Shown here: piece by piece, positions 12,721 to 25,830 of the stretch | How the letters are laid out: each line of letters starts with the position of its first letter | Numbering within the stretch: the first letter of the stretch is position 1 | Assembly (NCBI GenBank): GCA_949358305.1 | Contig: OX442314.1 | Coordinates: 27,900,001 to 27,964,000, forward strand | DNA: 64,000 nt | Direction: 5' to 3' | Origin: Strigamia acuminata | Lineage: Eukaryota | Notes under the pieces: generated by a model | What the model saw: only the letters and a program-made list of their open reading frames with translations | What the model was told of the DNA's origin: nothing | Databases searched by the model: none | Position numbers and translations under genes: made by a program

Positions 12721-15130
12721 CGCGACCCCTATGTAAAATAATATTTTACATAGGGGTGTGTTTTATTTTAACATATTTTAAAAATATGTTAAAATAAAAC
12801 ACACGTGTAAATTTTCTCTTACACGATGGCTGCCATTTCTTGACTCAACCTTTCACGTCGAGATTCATCACTTCAAGCCACTTGACTACGAGATGACTTA
12901 TTAAGTACCCACTGAAGTTTATTCACTTTTTGTGTTCTTTTTCGAGCGTTTTTGATGAAAAATAGACCATCGACCACCCGCTTTGGACCACCTGCTGACC
13001 ATTAGGCCCATTTTACGTTTTCATCAGTTTTTCGTGTATTTCCATCAATTTTTTGCCATCATCATGCCTCTTGCTGGCACACCCGACAAGTACAACCCGC
13101 AAGACGACTGGAAGACGTACATCATGCAGATGGGGTGCGTTTTTGCCTGCAACAAGATCGTCAACGACAATGCCAAGGTCAACACTATTTTGTCATGCGT
13201 TGGCATGGCAACCTTTTCGAAAATCATGGTTGTGACCTGTCCAAAAAACCCGACAGAATTAACATATACACAACTGGTCAACCTCATGGAAAAGCATCAA
13301 TGACCAAAACCCATCGCTCAGGGCGAAATCGTTCGCTTTCGCAACAGAAAACTTAACAAGGATGAGACTGTTGGAGAGTTTGTAACAGCACTGCAAACCA
13401 TGAAAAAATATTGCAACTTTGAGGATTCGCAATCAGTTCATTGTTGGGCTCAACATGCGGCAGGTGCAGGAAACCTTGTACCTGCAAAAGGACCTTGCCT
13501 TCGAATTGGCTCTCGAAACAGCCTTAGCCGCTGAATTGGCAGGTTCAGATTTTTCTAGCTTCGCCGACGCTCAAGTTGCCGTCCACCAAATCCCCAAAGG
13601 CAACTTTGTCAAACAACACGCAAACTCGCAGAAAGGCGAAAAACACTCCTCGGTCAACACCAATACCAGCAGCAGTAGAAGCAGTTCGACCGTCTTCGAC
13701 CTCAGCGCAACAGCAACAAATGCAGATCAATTGGAGGCACTGGTCAATACGCTCAGCTCGCTCCAAACAATTTTGGACGAACACCGCAACGTTTTTCGCG
13801 ACAAAATCGGTTGTTATAACGTTGCAACGGTAAACATCGATGTGGATTAGACAATAAACCCTTTTTTTTAAAGCGTACTCAGGTTCCATTGGCAATCAAA
13901 TAGGATTTGGAGACCGAGCTTTAACGCCTGCAAATGCTTGGTATCATAACATCAATTGCCTGGGCTAAGGTCACTATGCACATCAAAGCAAACAGAACGA
14001 TCAAAATGGCGGGGTGCTATAACCGCACTGCAAACAAAGCTGTGTTGCCATGCTCATATCCGCTGCCATTTTTTGCCGATGTTGCTGCCATTTTTCGCCG
14101 ATGTCGCTGCCAAATTGTCAGGAGAGTCCTATTCAACGTGGGACATGAACTCGGCCCACAACCAGCTCGAGTTGGACCAGCCGAGAGTTGAGCACGATAA
14201 TTACGCATGTAGGATTGTTCCAAGTAGACCGATGATTTTATGGTATTTCCACAGCTTCCACCATTTTCCAGAGAACTAGGGACCCCCTTACGGCAAATGT
14301 GGAGCACACACAGCCCTACATTGATTATTCGGCAGTGACAGGCCCAACCAACGCAGATCATCTTAAGAATTTGGACGTGCTCCTGTCCACTTTCAACCTT
14401 GCTGGACTGACATTGAACATGGGCAAGTGCAACTTTCTTCAAAACATCATTAAATTTCTCGGTTTTAGGATCTCGAAGGACCACTAACTTCTTATTTCCA
14501 TTTTTGGAGACAAGAAAGGATGCAATCAAATTTGTGGCCACTTTCAAGCGACAGATTCCCTGCGACAATTCCTTTTTTCTTACAGAACCAAGCCTCACAC
14601 GACAACACGCAAGACACCAGCAGAAATATTTCACAGCCGCACGATGTCCACTGGGCTCCATCTACTCAATCCACGGTTGCTTCCAGACACCGTGCTCTTG
14701 GCGACGGCCAGAACTTTTGAAGTCGGGATGCTGTCTACGTTCATGATTATCGACACACTGAAAAGTGGATTCCTGGCGTGGTAAAAGAGAAAATTTCGTC
14801 CACTACTTATGCAATCGAAATTGCATACGGAGTAATTTGGTCTTGCCATATTGATCAATTGCGACGACACTCCACGACTGGTGCACCGCTCTCAATTGAG
14901 AGGGATGATTGTTGTGGTGGCTCGTTTGTGATGCTACAAAGTGCAACTGCACCTCCAACAAACGCTCTCCCAAATCCGCATCCTGTAGTTATAAATCCGC
15001 TGCCGCGACCCCTGTGTAAAATATGCTAAAAGTAAACACATGTAAATTTTTACTTACAAGTACCTGATGTGATGGCTGCCATTTCTTGACTCAACGTTTT
15101 ACATCGAGATTCATCACTTCAAACTACTTG
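12721..15130 (+). mobile_element. Decayed, internally deleted Ty3/Gypsy (Mag/K02A2.6-like) LTR retrotransposon
   Basis: Gag-like frame from 13064 (MPLAGTPDKYNPQDDWKTYIMQM...TILSCVG...LTYTQLVNLMEKH). RT remnants near 14300-14490 (YIDY...GLTLNMGKCNFLQNIIKFLGFRIS) and an integrase C-terminal remnant near 14750-14870 (W..G.V...W..HIDQLR). Many stops and frameshifts. Diverged direct repeats at about 12721-12884 and 15004-15130. Degenerate PBS-like tgactacgag at about 12883. Confidence 0.8.
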
Positions 15131-15292
15131 GAAGATACATTAGGTTGGGTCAGAGCTTAACATGCATGACTTACAAAGCACTTATTTTTTTTTACAGTAT
15201 TTTCTTTGGCTTGCGTGATAAAGTATTGCAAAACAGTGGCGGATTACAGCCATAAGGCGCCGGCCTTTCATTTTAACTTCTATAGACAACAG

Positions 15293-15744
15293 GTGCATTC
15301 CGAAGTTTCTGTTTCTGTTGTTTTTGGTGTTTTTGTAAACAGCAAAAAAATTGCCAAACTATGAATGTGGTCGTTTTTGGGCCTGTTTGTACTGTAGTTT
15401 TTAGGTCTAATGCTCGGTTTTGTGATTTAAATGTGATTACAGCTTCCATCATTTTACTCACCTAACAAATTGTGGCTTACATTTTTTTAGCACAATTATG
15501 TTTTTACTCACATTTTAGGAAGTGGGTGCATCGCCTGAAAGCACCACGACGATCGGAAAGTTTAACCCCTCGATCTAACTTTCGAGGCAGCCATTTTGAA
15601 TTTGGTTGTACTAAAAACCAAAACCCGACGTATAATGAACCATTTCAAAAGCAACTCGAGCGGTGTTTTCGTCTCGCGGTTTTTGATGTCCACTCTGCTT
15701 AAAAAAAACATCAAAAACGGTACAAACAGGAACTTCGAATGCAC
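15293..15744. mobile_element. Possible non-autonomous DNA transposon (MITE)
   Basis: Imperfect terminal inverted repeats gtgcattccgaagtttctgttt / aaacaggaacttcgaatgcac; no coding content. Confidence 0.4.
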
Positions 15745-17398
15745 TTAACGTTATTTTGCCAGAAATTTTTGATTTTCACCATAAAAAAAGTATATTTTCC
15801 TATATGAAAAGGTATAAAATTATGTTAGAAATTAGTCCATGGTAAATTTTTCTATTAAATGCACCTAATTTAGTATACATTAATTTTTTTCTGTAAATTG
15901 CGAACTTAGAGGAAAACTTTTCTACGAATTAAAAATAGAAACATAAAAAATCTCTCCCAAACATTAAGCACACAATGTTAATTTCTTTCCGTCCACAAAA
16001 CCCAAATAACAACCACAAAAACTACCACCAAGGACCCAAATCCCCAGAGCGAAGCCTTCCCCCACCTCCCCCGAACCTCCAAACGAGTCCACGCAATCAC
16101 AATTAACCGCACAGAGCCCAATTCCCTCGCACACTCCTCAACCGCATTTTCATTTTCGCAATCAAAAATCCTTGACGCAAATCAAACCCCGAGGGGTCAA
16201 TTTCACCCCTGCGGAATTCGGCGTCCAACCGGCAGCCCGCAATTAACCCTGAGTGACATTCGCCGGTCAGACTCTTGTGTACTTGCGTGCAGCGCCGTTT
16301 GGGTCAGGAAGAAACCCCCCCCCCAACCCCCCCCCCAAAAAAAACAGCAAAAACACTGAAAAAATGGGTGCACAATGCAACGGACGCTGCGCACGAGAGC
16401 CTCGCGGCACCCATTGTTCGATAAGCACATTCATCGAAAGGCTAATTATCAATAAAACCGCAAATTAAGTGCTCCGCGTCCTCGGGCCAGAGACGCAGGG
16501 ACCGCTAACCTGTTGCTCGCGCGTGTTAAATCGATGACAACACTCTGCGGTTTGTCATCACTGTTGACTGATGGAAATCTCATACACCCCCTCGTGTCAG
16601 ACGCTTGTGTGCGCGTACGCTTTCGCACCTCGACCTGATTTCACTTCCCACAAGCCATCGCGACCCGTTCGCACCTGACAGACAGAAATTTCTGCCATTT
16701 ACCGATCTTGTACGGTGGTCAACAAAGTGTCTGAGGATTTAATCCTGCGGTTTGAACATCTCTTCATCCGAGGTCCGTGAATGAGTCAATCGGAGATTGA
16801 CGTCAAAGGGAGAGAGAATAAACGCCGGGCGTATTTGTGCGTGTATCAAACAACTCGTCAGAAAGAAGAATGTTTGAGACGGGGGAGAGGGAAAAAAATG
16901 GTCGAGTTAAGCCAAGACGCAGCTGCTTTTGCCGCGTTGAAGAGCGGAACGAAACGCTGGATCGCTGTCCAAGCGGAACCGGAAGGTGGATTAGGCGCAG
17001 GGCCAGCGAGCGCGGTTGACGTTACGGCTGTCAGGGCGTTGGAGAGTTGTGTGCGCATAATGTTTTTAAGCTCGGGGTTTGAGTTTGTTGCTCAAACTCA
17101 ATGAGATTGGTAATGAGCCGCAGTGGAGAGTCGAAGAAAAGTTCCCATGGCTCACGTCAGGGGGCGGATGGACACCTGCCAACAAAATAGTTGACAGCCC
17201 CACGCCCACCCTGAAACGCACACCCACTGTCCCTTTAGTCTCAGTTTAATTACTAAATTTTGGCCTTGGGATAAAATAATCTTTTTTTTTTTTTTTTGGG
17301 ATAAAAATCTGTAAAATAGAAGAAAGGAAACGCAAACTTTTAGCTTTTTGTATTGTTTTATTCGGAGAATTTTAATTCCGGCGAGAGATTTCTTGTTT

Positions 17399-17803
17399 TT
17401 CCATGTTATTTCAATGGGACGTGCAGGGAAGCTCCAGGGGGCAAAAAGTAAACAAATGCCTTTTATGTCCAATTTTCTAAATTTTAGATTTCTGTACACT
17501 GCGGTCGTTTTAGAAATTCTAGACCATCCGAACAATTAGCATTAAATAATCTTTTATTTTAAGAAAATAATAATTGTGTAAAAGAAAGTAAACTCAAAAC
17601 TTAAACATTTTCTTTGTACACAATTTCAGCAAAAGAATTCACGCATTCCCATGTTATTTCTATGGGACATGCAGGGAAGCTCCAAGGGACCAAAAACAAA
17701 CAAACGTGTTTCATGTCCAATTTTCTAAATTTTCAGCTCGTAAATATTAAATTTTCATACACTGCAGTGGTTTTACAAATTCTAGAGCATACGGACAATT
17801 AGC
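17399..17803. repeat. Local tandem duplication of about 140-155 bp
   Basis: ccatgttatttc(a/t)atgggac(g/a)tgcagggaagctcca...acaattagc occurs at about 17399-17540 and 17647-17803. Confidence 0.8.
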
Positions 17804-18699
17804 GGGCCGTGATTGGTCGTCACGGCTGCACGTATCTACCACTCGTAACATGTGCGTTGAAGATGCGCATGAGCGAGACTGAACGCTCGTTTTGAAAGGT
17901 TGGAAATTTACGCTTGTCGGACTTGTTTATCCATCTGCATTCGCACTCGACAGGGAGATAAAGCATCCATCAGAAACGGCGCTGCGATCAGTTGCCACGA
18001 CAACCAGACGAGACGATCTTTTATTCCGTGTACACTCGATTCAATCGCATTCTGTTTTAATAGCAGCACATCAATAATACGCAGAAAAAGCAGTCCGAAG
18101 TTGAAACATAAATAAAACGTTAATAAATAAAAGATCAAACAAAAATAGATTTTCTAACGGCAGTTTAAACTGTTTTATTGTATCGCAACTGTACATTTTA
18201 CTGGCGTGTTTACAATGCTATCGTATGTTTACATTATCGTTTCGTATTCGCTTGACAACAAGGCCGCGGTTGTAAATCCGTTTTAGCCCAAGGATTACTA
18301 CGTTTGAGTCGACTTTTGTTTCTTTTTTAGTTTTTGTGTTGTTTAAATTAATGAAGTTGGCATGAATTTAGCATCTTGGCGCCCCGTGGTTGCCGCCCTA
18401 GATTAAAGGACGTCGCGGTTTGGCATGTGAGGAGCCAGGCACATGACAAAGCAAGTAAGGAAGAAATTCCCCCACCTCGGGGATCTTCTACCTGGTCATT
18501 AGATCTAATTCGTAATGAGGAGGGTCGGCAGTCAGTGGCTGGCCTCGTTCAGAAATGCTGCACTTCGACCTTGGAAATCACGAGATGGGACGTGCTTGAG
18601 GTTGGAAAGCCGCCTGCGTTTTAAGGTTACTACATTTTACTCGATTGTTGCATGGGCTAGCTCTGCTGTTGCATTGACGGTCACAATATACCACAAAGA

Positions 18700-19325
18700 A
18701 AATAAAAACACTAAAAAGTTTTGTTTTGTGGACTAAAATGGACTCGCAACATGAAAAATTCTCATTTTATCGACTAAAGTGGATTCAAAATACAAAAATT
18801 TGTTATTTTAGGAGCTAAAATGGACTCAGAACACAGCAAAAAACATCAAAAAACATCACAATGAACTCAAATCACAAAAAAAAACATCAAAATTCTCTTT
18901 TTATGAACTAAAATGAACTCAAATCAGAGGAAAAAACATCAAAATTCTCTTTTTATGAACTAAAATGGACTCAAAACACAGCAAAACACAAAAATTCTCA
19001 TTTTATCAAGTAAAATGAATTCAAAACTAAAAAAAACACTCATTCAATCAACTAAAATGAACTCAAAACCCAAAAATGTATCATTTTATGAACTACAATG
19101 AACTCAAAACACAAAAATGTATCATTTTATGAACCAAAAATAGACTCAAAACACAACAAAACACAAAAAAATTCTATTTTATGGTCTAAAATAGATTAAA
19201 ATAGACTCAAAACACAACAAAACACATAAAAACTCTCATTTTAAGGACTAAAATAGATTAAAATAGACACAAAACACAACAAACCACCAAAAGTTCTCAT
19301 TTTATGATCTCAAAACACGAAAAAA
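18700..19325. repeat. Degenerate A-rich minisatellite (ctaaaatggactcaaaacacaaaaa...ctcattttat)
   Basis: More than ten diverged tandem copies. Confidence 0.8.
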
Positions 19326-20439
19326 CACATTTTTTAAAAAAATTAATTACTCTGAATTATTTTCTTCAAACAGGTTTTTGATCCAAGGAAACAAACCGTC
19401 AACACCAACCAAATACATGTTTATAATTCCCACCATTTAGTCACAAACCATTTGATTTCCAAATTGAACACACATGACAGCACTTGAAATGTTTCCCCTA
19501 ACACGATATTTTTTCCCCACACCAACCCTAATTCTGGATAAACTTTTTTTTCTTTCATTCTCTCTCTTTCAACAACGCTTTTACACTCCGATTGCGTCTC
19601 GAGCGCTCTTCATTTGCATATTGATTTTTTTTTTCTTCCGTGGATCGGATAACGTTTCTCGCCTCCCCCACACACAACCAAAAAAAACGAACCTCCCCCC
19701 GAGAATATCTCCGTCCAGCAAATTAATCCCACGCACACAGGAAACCGAACACGTGACGTCATGCGCGCGCGCGCGACATATTAGCCGGAAATTAAGCAAT
19801 GATGGGCGAAAAAGATGTGTGCATTTCCCCAACGGCAAATGATTGACAGTCAGAGACGGGCAGAAAAGATTTTTCTTCTTTATATACGTTGTATATATAT
19901 ATTTTTCAATTTCTTTTCGCTTCGAGTTGGAAATGTGGCCAACACATTCCACACGTGGCGGCGAAAGAGATATAGGATTCTAGTTTATTATTAGCAATGC
20001 CAGACGCGGCACGAACACCGCTCAATTCACTCAACACTTTCCCCATATGACATTGGCACTAATTTGCAAAACATGTAGTCTCACCATTTAGACGTTCTAT
20101 TTTTTTTAATATACGTGAAATGTTTGGAGAATGTCGACGCGTGAATAAATTATTTAAAAAATTGGATGTAGACAAAGGGGAGGGGATACGGGAATGAAGG
20201 GAGTTACTTAAAAGTGTCATTTTGGCATTTAAAATTCATGTTTCGTCGTTTGGTAAATGTTAAATAAACAGATCTGTTTAGATGTATTTTGCCCCTTAGA
20301 GCTTTGCTGCGCGGCGACACTAAGCAAAAATTTACTTTTTCCTAAATTTTTATGGGATTATTCGTTTTCGGTGGATTATTATTAAAATTATGTTGTAATA
20401 ATTTGAATTAATGGTCAATTAGACTATGTTACCAACAAC

Positions 20440-20790
20440 AATGCAGAAAATCAAAAAAAAATCTAAAAATCAAACAAAAATGCAGATAATCAAACAAAAA
20501 TGCAGAAAATCAAACAAAAATGCAAAAAATTTAACAAAAATGCAGAAAATTAAGCCAAAATGCAAAAAATCAAACAAAAATGCAGAAAATCAAACAAAAA
20601 AATGCAGAAAATCAAACAAAAATGCAGAAAACCAAACAAAAATGCAGAAAACCAAACAAAAATGCAGAAAATCAACCAAAAATGCAGAAAATCAACCAAA
20701 AATGCAAAAAGACCAAACAAAAATGCAAAAAAAACAAACAAAAATACAGAAAACCAAACAAAAATGCAGAAAACCAAACAAAAACTCAAA
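20440..20790. repeat. 20-bp minisatellite (aaaatgcagaaaatcaaaca)
   Basis: About 17 tandem copies; the source of the spurious K/Q/N-rich ORFs in all frames. Confidence 0.9.
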
Positions 20791-23409
20791 ATATTCAATT
20801 GCACCCCAAATGCAATATCAACGCATTTTCGAACCACGCGGCGAAACAAAATAAATTTTTCGTCCGATCTCCCATAATGAAGTCGTCAGAAGAAAAACCA
20901 GCAGAGAAAAAACCTAATTGAAAATTTCGCGCCTGGAATGGGGTATCTAACAAATAAACTGCTCATTTTTTTCTAATCAGATGAAGTTACCAACTTCACT
21001 CTCTCCCTCTTTTGTACTACCCCTTAGGTCGTGAGGTGTCAATCAGATATTTATCCAGGTGGAAGCAAGGGTTGAACGAATTTTAATCTTTTTTTTTCTA
21101 CAATTTTTTTTCTTTCTTTTAAAAAGTGCAGACAGTGGTTCCTTGAGTTTCTGCCTTCGAACAGACTTGTTTCGAGGGACCCACTGTCTCGAGAGCTTAA
21201 AAAAGAGAAAAAGGAGAACGCAAGAGGAAAGAAGTAAAAAAAAAAAAAGTGGTGGAATGTTACACTCAATTGGTTTTTAAGCAACACCATCCCGCGTTCA
21301 CCTCCGCTCCGCCCAGTGGCGGCTCAACCATTTCTCCTGCGACCGCCCACGCATTCCTTTACTGCGCTATGCCATTCCGCCTAATGACCGTCCGTCCACG
21401 CCCGACCTCCGGGCTGAACGGAAAAGAGCGCACTCATCAATGAGCTAAACTTCCCTACAGCTAAAATAGAGAAAAATCTTCCAGATGGCATCACACATCA
21501 TCTTTACAACGACCCTCTTTTGGCCCGGGTGCTCTTGCAACGTTTATTTGCAACAATTTTTAAGAAAAATAAGAAAATAACGATTTATCACTTCTTTTTA
21601 TACAACTTGATAACATTTTTTTTACGTATCATTATTCGTTTTCATTCACGCTTCATCACGCCACTCGGCGTAATTGATTAAACAAAAATCTCAATCACTT
21701 GATAAACCGAGCAGAACGACCGCACGAGTTTTCAAGTGCAATAAAAATCACGGCCGTCAAATATACAAACTCAATTAAACGGGACTAATTGGGTCGATTT
21801 TGTTCGTACGATTGGGTTTTCACACGTTAAGAAAATATGGAAAACACAACTGGGAAGAGGGAGAGAAGTCCCCACCATTTTGTGGGGCCCTTCCTGCACC
21901 CCAGATTCAAATACCCCCATTCTTGAAAATTTGTATGTCTTCAAAAACAACTTTTTTAAAAATCCCTTTCTTATTCTGGGATTCCAGAGCCCCTGAAAAT
22001 CACAACAACGAAATAACTCAATAGTCACCTGTTCGTAGCAAACATCCTCGCCCAATCCTGTCATTGTAAAAAATAAAAGCAAAATTAATTCAAAATCGAA
22101 TTATTTCTCCCAATAATATATTTTTTTTATACCACCTCATTCATCTCGTGCAAATGACCTTCCCCAATCAAAAATTTCTCTATCCCGGTCAACGGAGCAC
22201 AATATGCAAATTAAAATCCTTTCTAAACTGACTCAACGTGCTCAAAAACCGGTTATTCGGGGCAAGAAAATCGGCCCGAAAATCAACAGTTGCAACTCCA
22301 CACAAGGGTGGTTGGCATTGGCACCGATCGTCGACAAAACAGACGAAATTCCCAGTCTGCAACACTCGACAAAATTCCGCGAACACATCCAAGAATCTTA
22401 TTCATCCCAAAACATCTTTTTTCATCCCTTTTTTGCCCAACAAACCCGGTTGAATCGGTTGATGCCCTCACGGACACTCGGTATTTACCTGCACGCTACG
22501 CATCAACACGGCGACACTTCGGCCGCGGAAAAAAAAACAAAAAAAAACCTTCAGAAATCGACACGTGGGACGTTGAGAACCGAGATCGTCTCGCATGGAA
22601 ATTGCACATCGAAAATATTTATTTTTTTCCTCCACACTTTCCTCAACTTACCCATAATTCCTCAGTGGTCACTTTGCAAATACGGGTTGGCACTAAAGAT
22701 GGCTCCTGACACGGCCTTCTTGTGCAGGGGCGTTGATATTTCCAAACTCGTGACAGCCGTAAGGGACGGCTATCGATTTGCTCGTCTGACGCATGCGCGA
22801 TCAATCGACCCGCACTACTCGAGAGATTTCTTGCCGTCCCCCTCCTTCTTTCTATGATTCCGCCATCAGCGTTCGTCATCTCCAACTGTGGACTGGTCAT
22901 CTTAAGTTTGATTACTGCCTTTTCCTCGACGGACCCCCTCGAGTTGGGTTTTTTTTTTTTTTTATTCACAAGACGGCGCTGATTTTTGCATATATTTGGC
23001 TCGACGGGCAATTCCCGACAACAGATGATGCCCATGAGTAAGGCCATGTGGCGTCCCAAATTATCCCTCATCCATAGCAAAGTATCCGACAAAATGACCC
23101 TCACTTAGCCACAAATTGGCTGCTGTGAACCAGCGTTACATAGTGCAACCCTGGGGCTTTTTTTGGTGGTTTTTTTTTTTGGGGTTTGAATTAATCTCAC
23201 GTGTCCTAAATTAAGTGCGACCAAACTCAATTTAAACTAGCAATTAGTTATGAGATAGATTACAAACAGATGGCGAGGTAATGAGAGTGGGTTTATTTGT
23301 GAATGGCGTTTAAATTGCTTAAATTAATGAATAAGTATTTTAAAAAATACAAAGTCAAGTGGAACTTCTCTGCAAAGCATTTTTTTGTCTAATATTCAAA
23401 TTAACATGC

Positions 23410-24200
23410 AAGAAATTGGTTATTTCCTGAAATAAACTGCATAAACTTTGAAAGTCTGCATACAAATTGATTATTTTCTACAATAAACTGCAAAAGCTTT
23501 GAAAATCTGCACGAAATTGGTTATTTTCTGCAATAAACTGCAAAAACTTTAAAAATCTGCATAAAAATTGGTATTTTTCTGCAATAAACTGCAAAAGCTT
23601 TGAAAATCTGCACGAAATTGGTTATTTTCTACAATAAACTGCAAAAACTTTAAAAAATCTGCATAAAAATTAGTATTTTTCTGCAGTAAAAACCGCAAAA
23701 ACATTGAAAATCTGCATACAAATTGATTATTTTCTGCAATAAACTGCAAAAGCTTTAAAAATCTGCACGAAATTGGTTATTTTCTGCAATAAACTGCAAA
23801 ACCTTTAAAAATCTACATAAAAATTGGTATTTTTCTGCAGTAAAAACCGCAAAACATTGAAAATCTGCATACAAATTGATTATTTTCTGCAATAAACTGC
23901 AAAAGCTTTGAAAATCTGCACGAAATTGGTTATTTTCTGCAATAAACTGCAAAAACTTTAAAAATCTGCATAAAAATTGGTATTTTTCTGCAGTAAAAAC
24001 CGCAAAAACCATTGAAAATCTGCATACAAATTGATTATTTTCTGCAATAAACTGCAAAAACTTTGAAAATCTGCACGAAATTGGTTAATTTACAAAGCAA
24101 AACTTTCAAAAACTTTGAAAATCTGCATAAAATAGGTATTTTTCTGCAGTAAAAAAAACCGCAAAAACTTTAAAAATCTGCATCAAGTTTGTAATTTTCT
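23410..24200. repeat. About 59-61 bp minisatellite with higher-order structure (aaaatctgca...aaattg..tattttctgcaataaactgcaaaa)
   Basis: About 13 tandem units; three variants (cacg / taaa / taca after aatctgca) recur in order. Confidence 0.9.
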
Positions 24201-25674
24201 GCATTAAACACATCGATTTTAATTCTACTCGAAAATGATTATTTTGTACGGAATAAACTAAAACAAAAAAATTTTTTTAGTAAAAATAATTTAATTCAAA
24301 TAAATAAATAAAATTGCACTTATTTCCATTGTATAAAACACATATCTACACAAACACTTCCAACCTACTTCTTCCACACACAGACCCACGAGCAATAACC
24401 ATCTCTCAAAAATAGAGGCTGCAATGCAATTGATGGTGAATCATCCACCGGAAGTCATTTATTGCCTAATTGCAGTAAAAGAGCGAATTATAACGATTCT
24501 GTGATGCAATCATCAAACAGCACGCTTCTAATGGCAATTAACAACGCCCGTAATTAAAAAATAATTCAGCACTTAATTAAAACTACACGATTTTAAAACT
24601 CATCTCCAAAAAAGAAAAAAGAAAAAAAAGAAAAAACCTCAAAACTAAATTTAGACGTACAATAACTTGACAAGCCGAACACATTTGAAAAACTCGAGTC
24701 AGGGCCGTCAGGGGGGTGAATTTAAATAGCCAAAAAATAACCAAATCATCGTGGGGTTCGCTCACAAGTGGGTGGAGTCAGCGAAACGCATCCAAGCGCG
24801 GTGGATTTAGCCAAAGAGCAAAACAGAAATGTCGGGACAGCGACTAATGACTTCGACTAAGTGCGGACATGGACCAAGTTCAATTAATAATTGGCTCATG
24901 TTGCTTCTCCTGACAGCAATAAGTTTAATGTAGCGTGAATTTAAGCCTCGATGTAAACATATTCGTGTATATTCAATGTCTTTACACATTTTTTTTATTA
25001 TTCTTTATCCAAAAAAATTTAAAATTTAAAATTTAAAAAAAAAAAAAAATTATTCGCGGAGGGAATTTTCAAAGCCCCATGTGGCGCCGAACGTCGTTGA
25101 CAGTATGCAATTAAAACATCATTACGCAAAGCGAAAAAAGAAAATAATAATAATTGGACGCGTGTGTTTTTGGATATCGGTGGTTCTGTGAAGCGCATCC
25201 GCTAATTAACTCTTATAACACGTTTAAGATAAATAAAAAAAGATTGTGTTTAACTTGTCCTCAAGGGCGCACGTTCATTAGCCGCGAATAAATCACTAAC
25301 AAGTAAGTTTTGAGGCGCAAAATAAAAAGCGTGTGAGATTTGAAGAAGTGAGACGTGAAAGCAGAGCGCCGTTTCCCGCGCGGTGCGTGTTCCGTCAAGC
25401 GTGGCGAAATGGCGTCGTCTCCCGCGCCCCGGTCCCGACACGCGGCCATGCCCCGCGTGCGGAAACCATTCGTCCTTGTTGCCAACTCGATGCCCCATAT
25501 GCCACACATGTCTCCTGCATTTTTAATCGACCTGCATTTGATCGCGCCGGCTTCAAACCAAGTGTCAAATCATTTGCTTTGTGTCCATCAATTGGATAAT
25601 CGAGGATATCGACAGCAAAATAAATATAAATTCTCCACGAATCAAGTTATATAAATACTACGAAGTCTCATATT

Positions 25675-25830
25675 TAGACCCCGGATATTTATGCAAAATA
25701 AAATTCGTTTTACGCACATAAAATATGCACTAAAAATTCAATTTTATGCAAAATAAAAAAAATTATTCAAGTAAAATCATTTTTATTGAATAAAAATAAT
25801 TCTTATGCATTTCTGAATTTATCCGGAGCT
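25675..25830 (-). repeat. Second, inverted copy of the 9.4-9.6 kb dispersed repeat
   Basis: Reverse-complement similarity to 9418-9640. Confidence 0.6.

Noticed and set aside
20426..20921. Several K/Q/N-rich ORFs
   Set aside because: They are translations of a 20-bp minisatellite that is open in multiple frames.
22204..23104. 217-aa and 153-aa ORFs in the Gbx desert
   Set aside because: They have no domain-like content or exon structure and include homopolymer-derived Lys runs.
23410..24200. Regularly spaced repeats resembling a CRISPR array
   Set aside because: There are no unique spacers or cas genes, and the context is eukaryotic; this is a plain tandem repeat.
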